DNA of 63,332 nt, the filler included, from Chiloscyllium plagiosum (lineage: Eukaryota), in assembly GCF_004010195.1 (NCBI RefSeq). It is 4 parts of one record of this genome, joined end to end, with 100 filler letters (N's around TTAATTAATTAA, not from the genome) between each part and the next. Parts side by side here need not be neighbours in the genome. Positions count along the whole stretch, not along the records: positions 53,686 to 63,332 come from NC_057714.1; 3 more parts are not named here. The stretch is one strand, 5' to 3'. The number at the start of each line of letters is the position of its first letter. Within the stretch, counting starts at the first letter, position 1. Positions 62,892 through 63,332 of this stretch are shown one piece after another. The notes under the pieces were generated by a model. It saw nothing but the letters and a program-made list of their open reading frames with translations. It was not told the DNA's origin and did no database searches. A program made the translations under genes and the position numbers.

Positions 62892-63332
62892 TGCTGAAAA
62901 TGTGTTGCTGGAGAGGCGCAGCAGGTCAGGCAGCATCCAGGGAACAGGAGAATCGACGTTTCGGGCATAAGCCCTTCTTCAGGAATGAGGAAAGTTTGTC
63001 CAGCAGGCTAAGATAAAAGGTAGGGAGGAGGGACTTGGGGGAGGGGTGTCGGAAATGTGATAGGTGGAAAGAGGTCAAGGTGAGGGTGATAGGTCAGACG
63101 GGGGTGGGGGCGGAGAGGTCGGGAAGAAGATTGCAGGTTAGGAAGGCAGTGCTGAGTTCGATGGATTTGACTGAGACAAGGTGGGGGGAGGGAGAATGAG
63201 GAAACTGGTGAAATCCGAGTTCATCCCTTGTGGTTGGACGGTTCCTAGGTGGAAGATAAGGCGCTCTTCCTCCAACCGTCGTTTTGTTGTGGTCTGACGA
63301 TGGAGGAGTCCAAAAACCTGCATATCCTTGGT
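62892..63332 (-). mobile_element. PLE family A 3' pLTR with intact hammerhead core (62952-62985) and ORF C-terminus
   Basis: MQVFGLLHRQT..KRRLEEERLIFHLGTVQPQGMNSDF; reverse complement CTGAAGA a gggc ttat gccc GAAA cg TC. Confidence 0.92.

Overview
Repeat-dense vertebrate genomic DNA, almost certainly from a cartilaginous fish (shark). The evidence is many HE1-type tRNA-derived SINEs with (AATCT)n tails and HER1/CR1 LINEs. No host protein-coding gene could be recognised; the window looks intronic or intergenic. Most of it is decayed, nested transposable elements: about 20 CR1 fragments, HE1 SINEs, several Penelope-like (PLE) families, one Tx1/L1 3' end, one Rex1/Babar fragment, L2 and DeuSINE relics, and a Harbinger Myb-domain relic. 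Three signals stand out. (1) At least four unrelated PLE families carry minimal hammerhead-ribozyme cores (CUGANGA-stem II-GAAA-palindrome-UH) with covarying stem II. Many copies are 120-210 bp non-coding units, often palindromic, flanked by 11-19 bp target-site duplications (TSDs). (2) Three SVA-like composite elements have tandem-repeat bodies, and two end in a Rex1-like 3' tail. (3) A 3'-truncated SINE is flanked by a ~360 bp duplication. Weaker signals are phase-compatible minus-strand candidate exons and a possible pseudogene at 58.2-58.8 kb. The TTAATTAATTAA strings inside 100-N gaps are assembly linkers. Element boundaries were read by eye and may be off by tens of bases unless a TSD is quoted.
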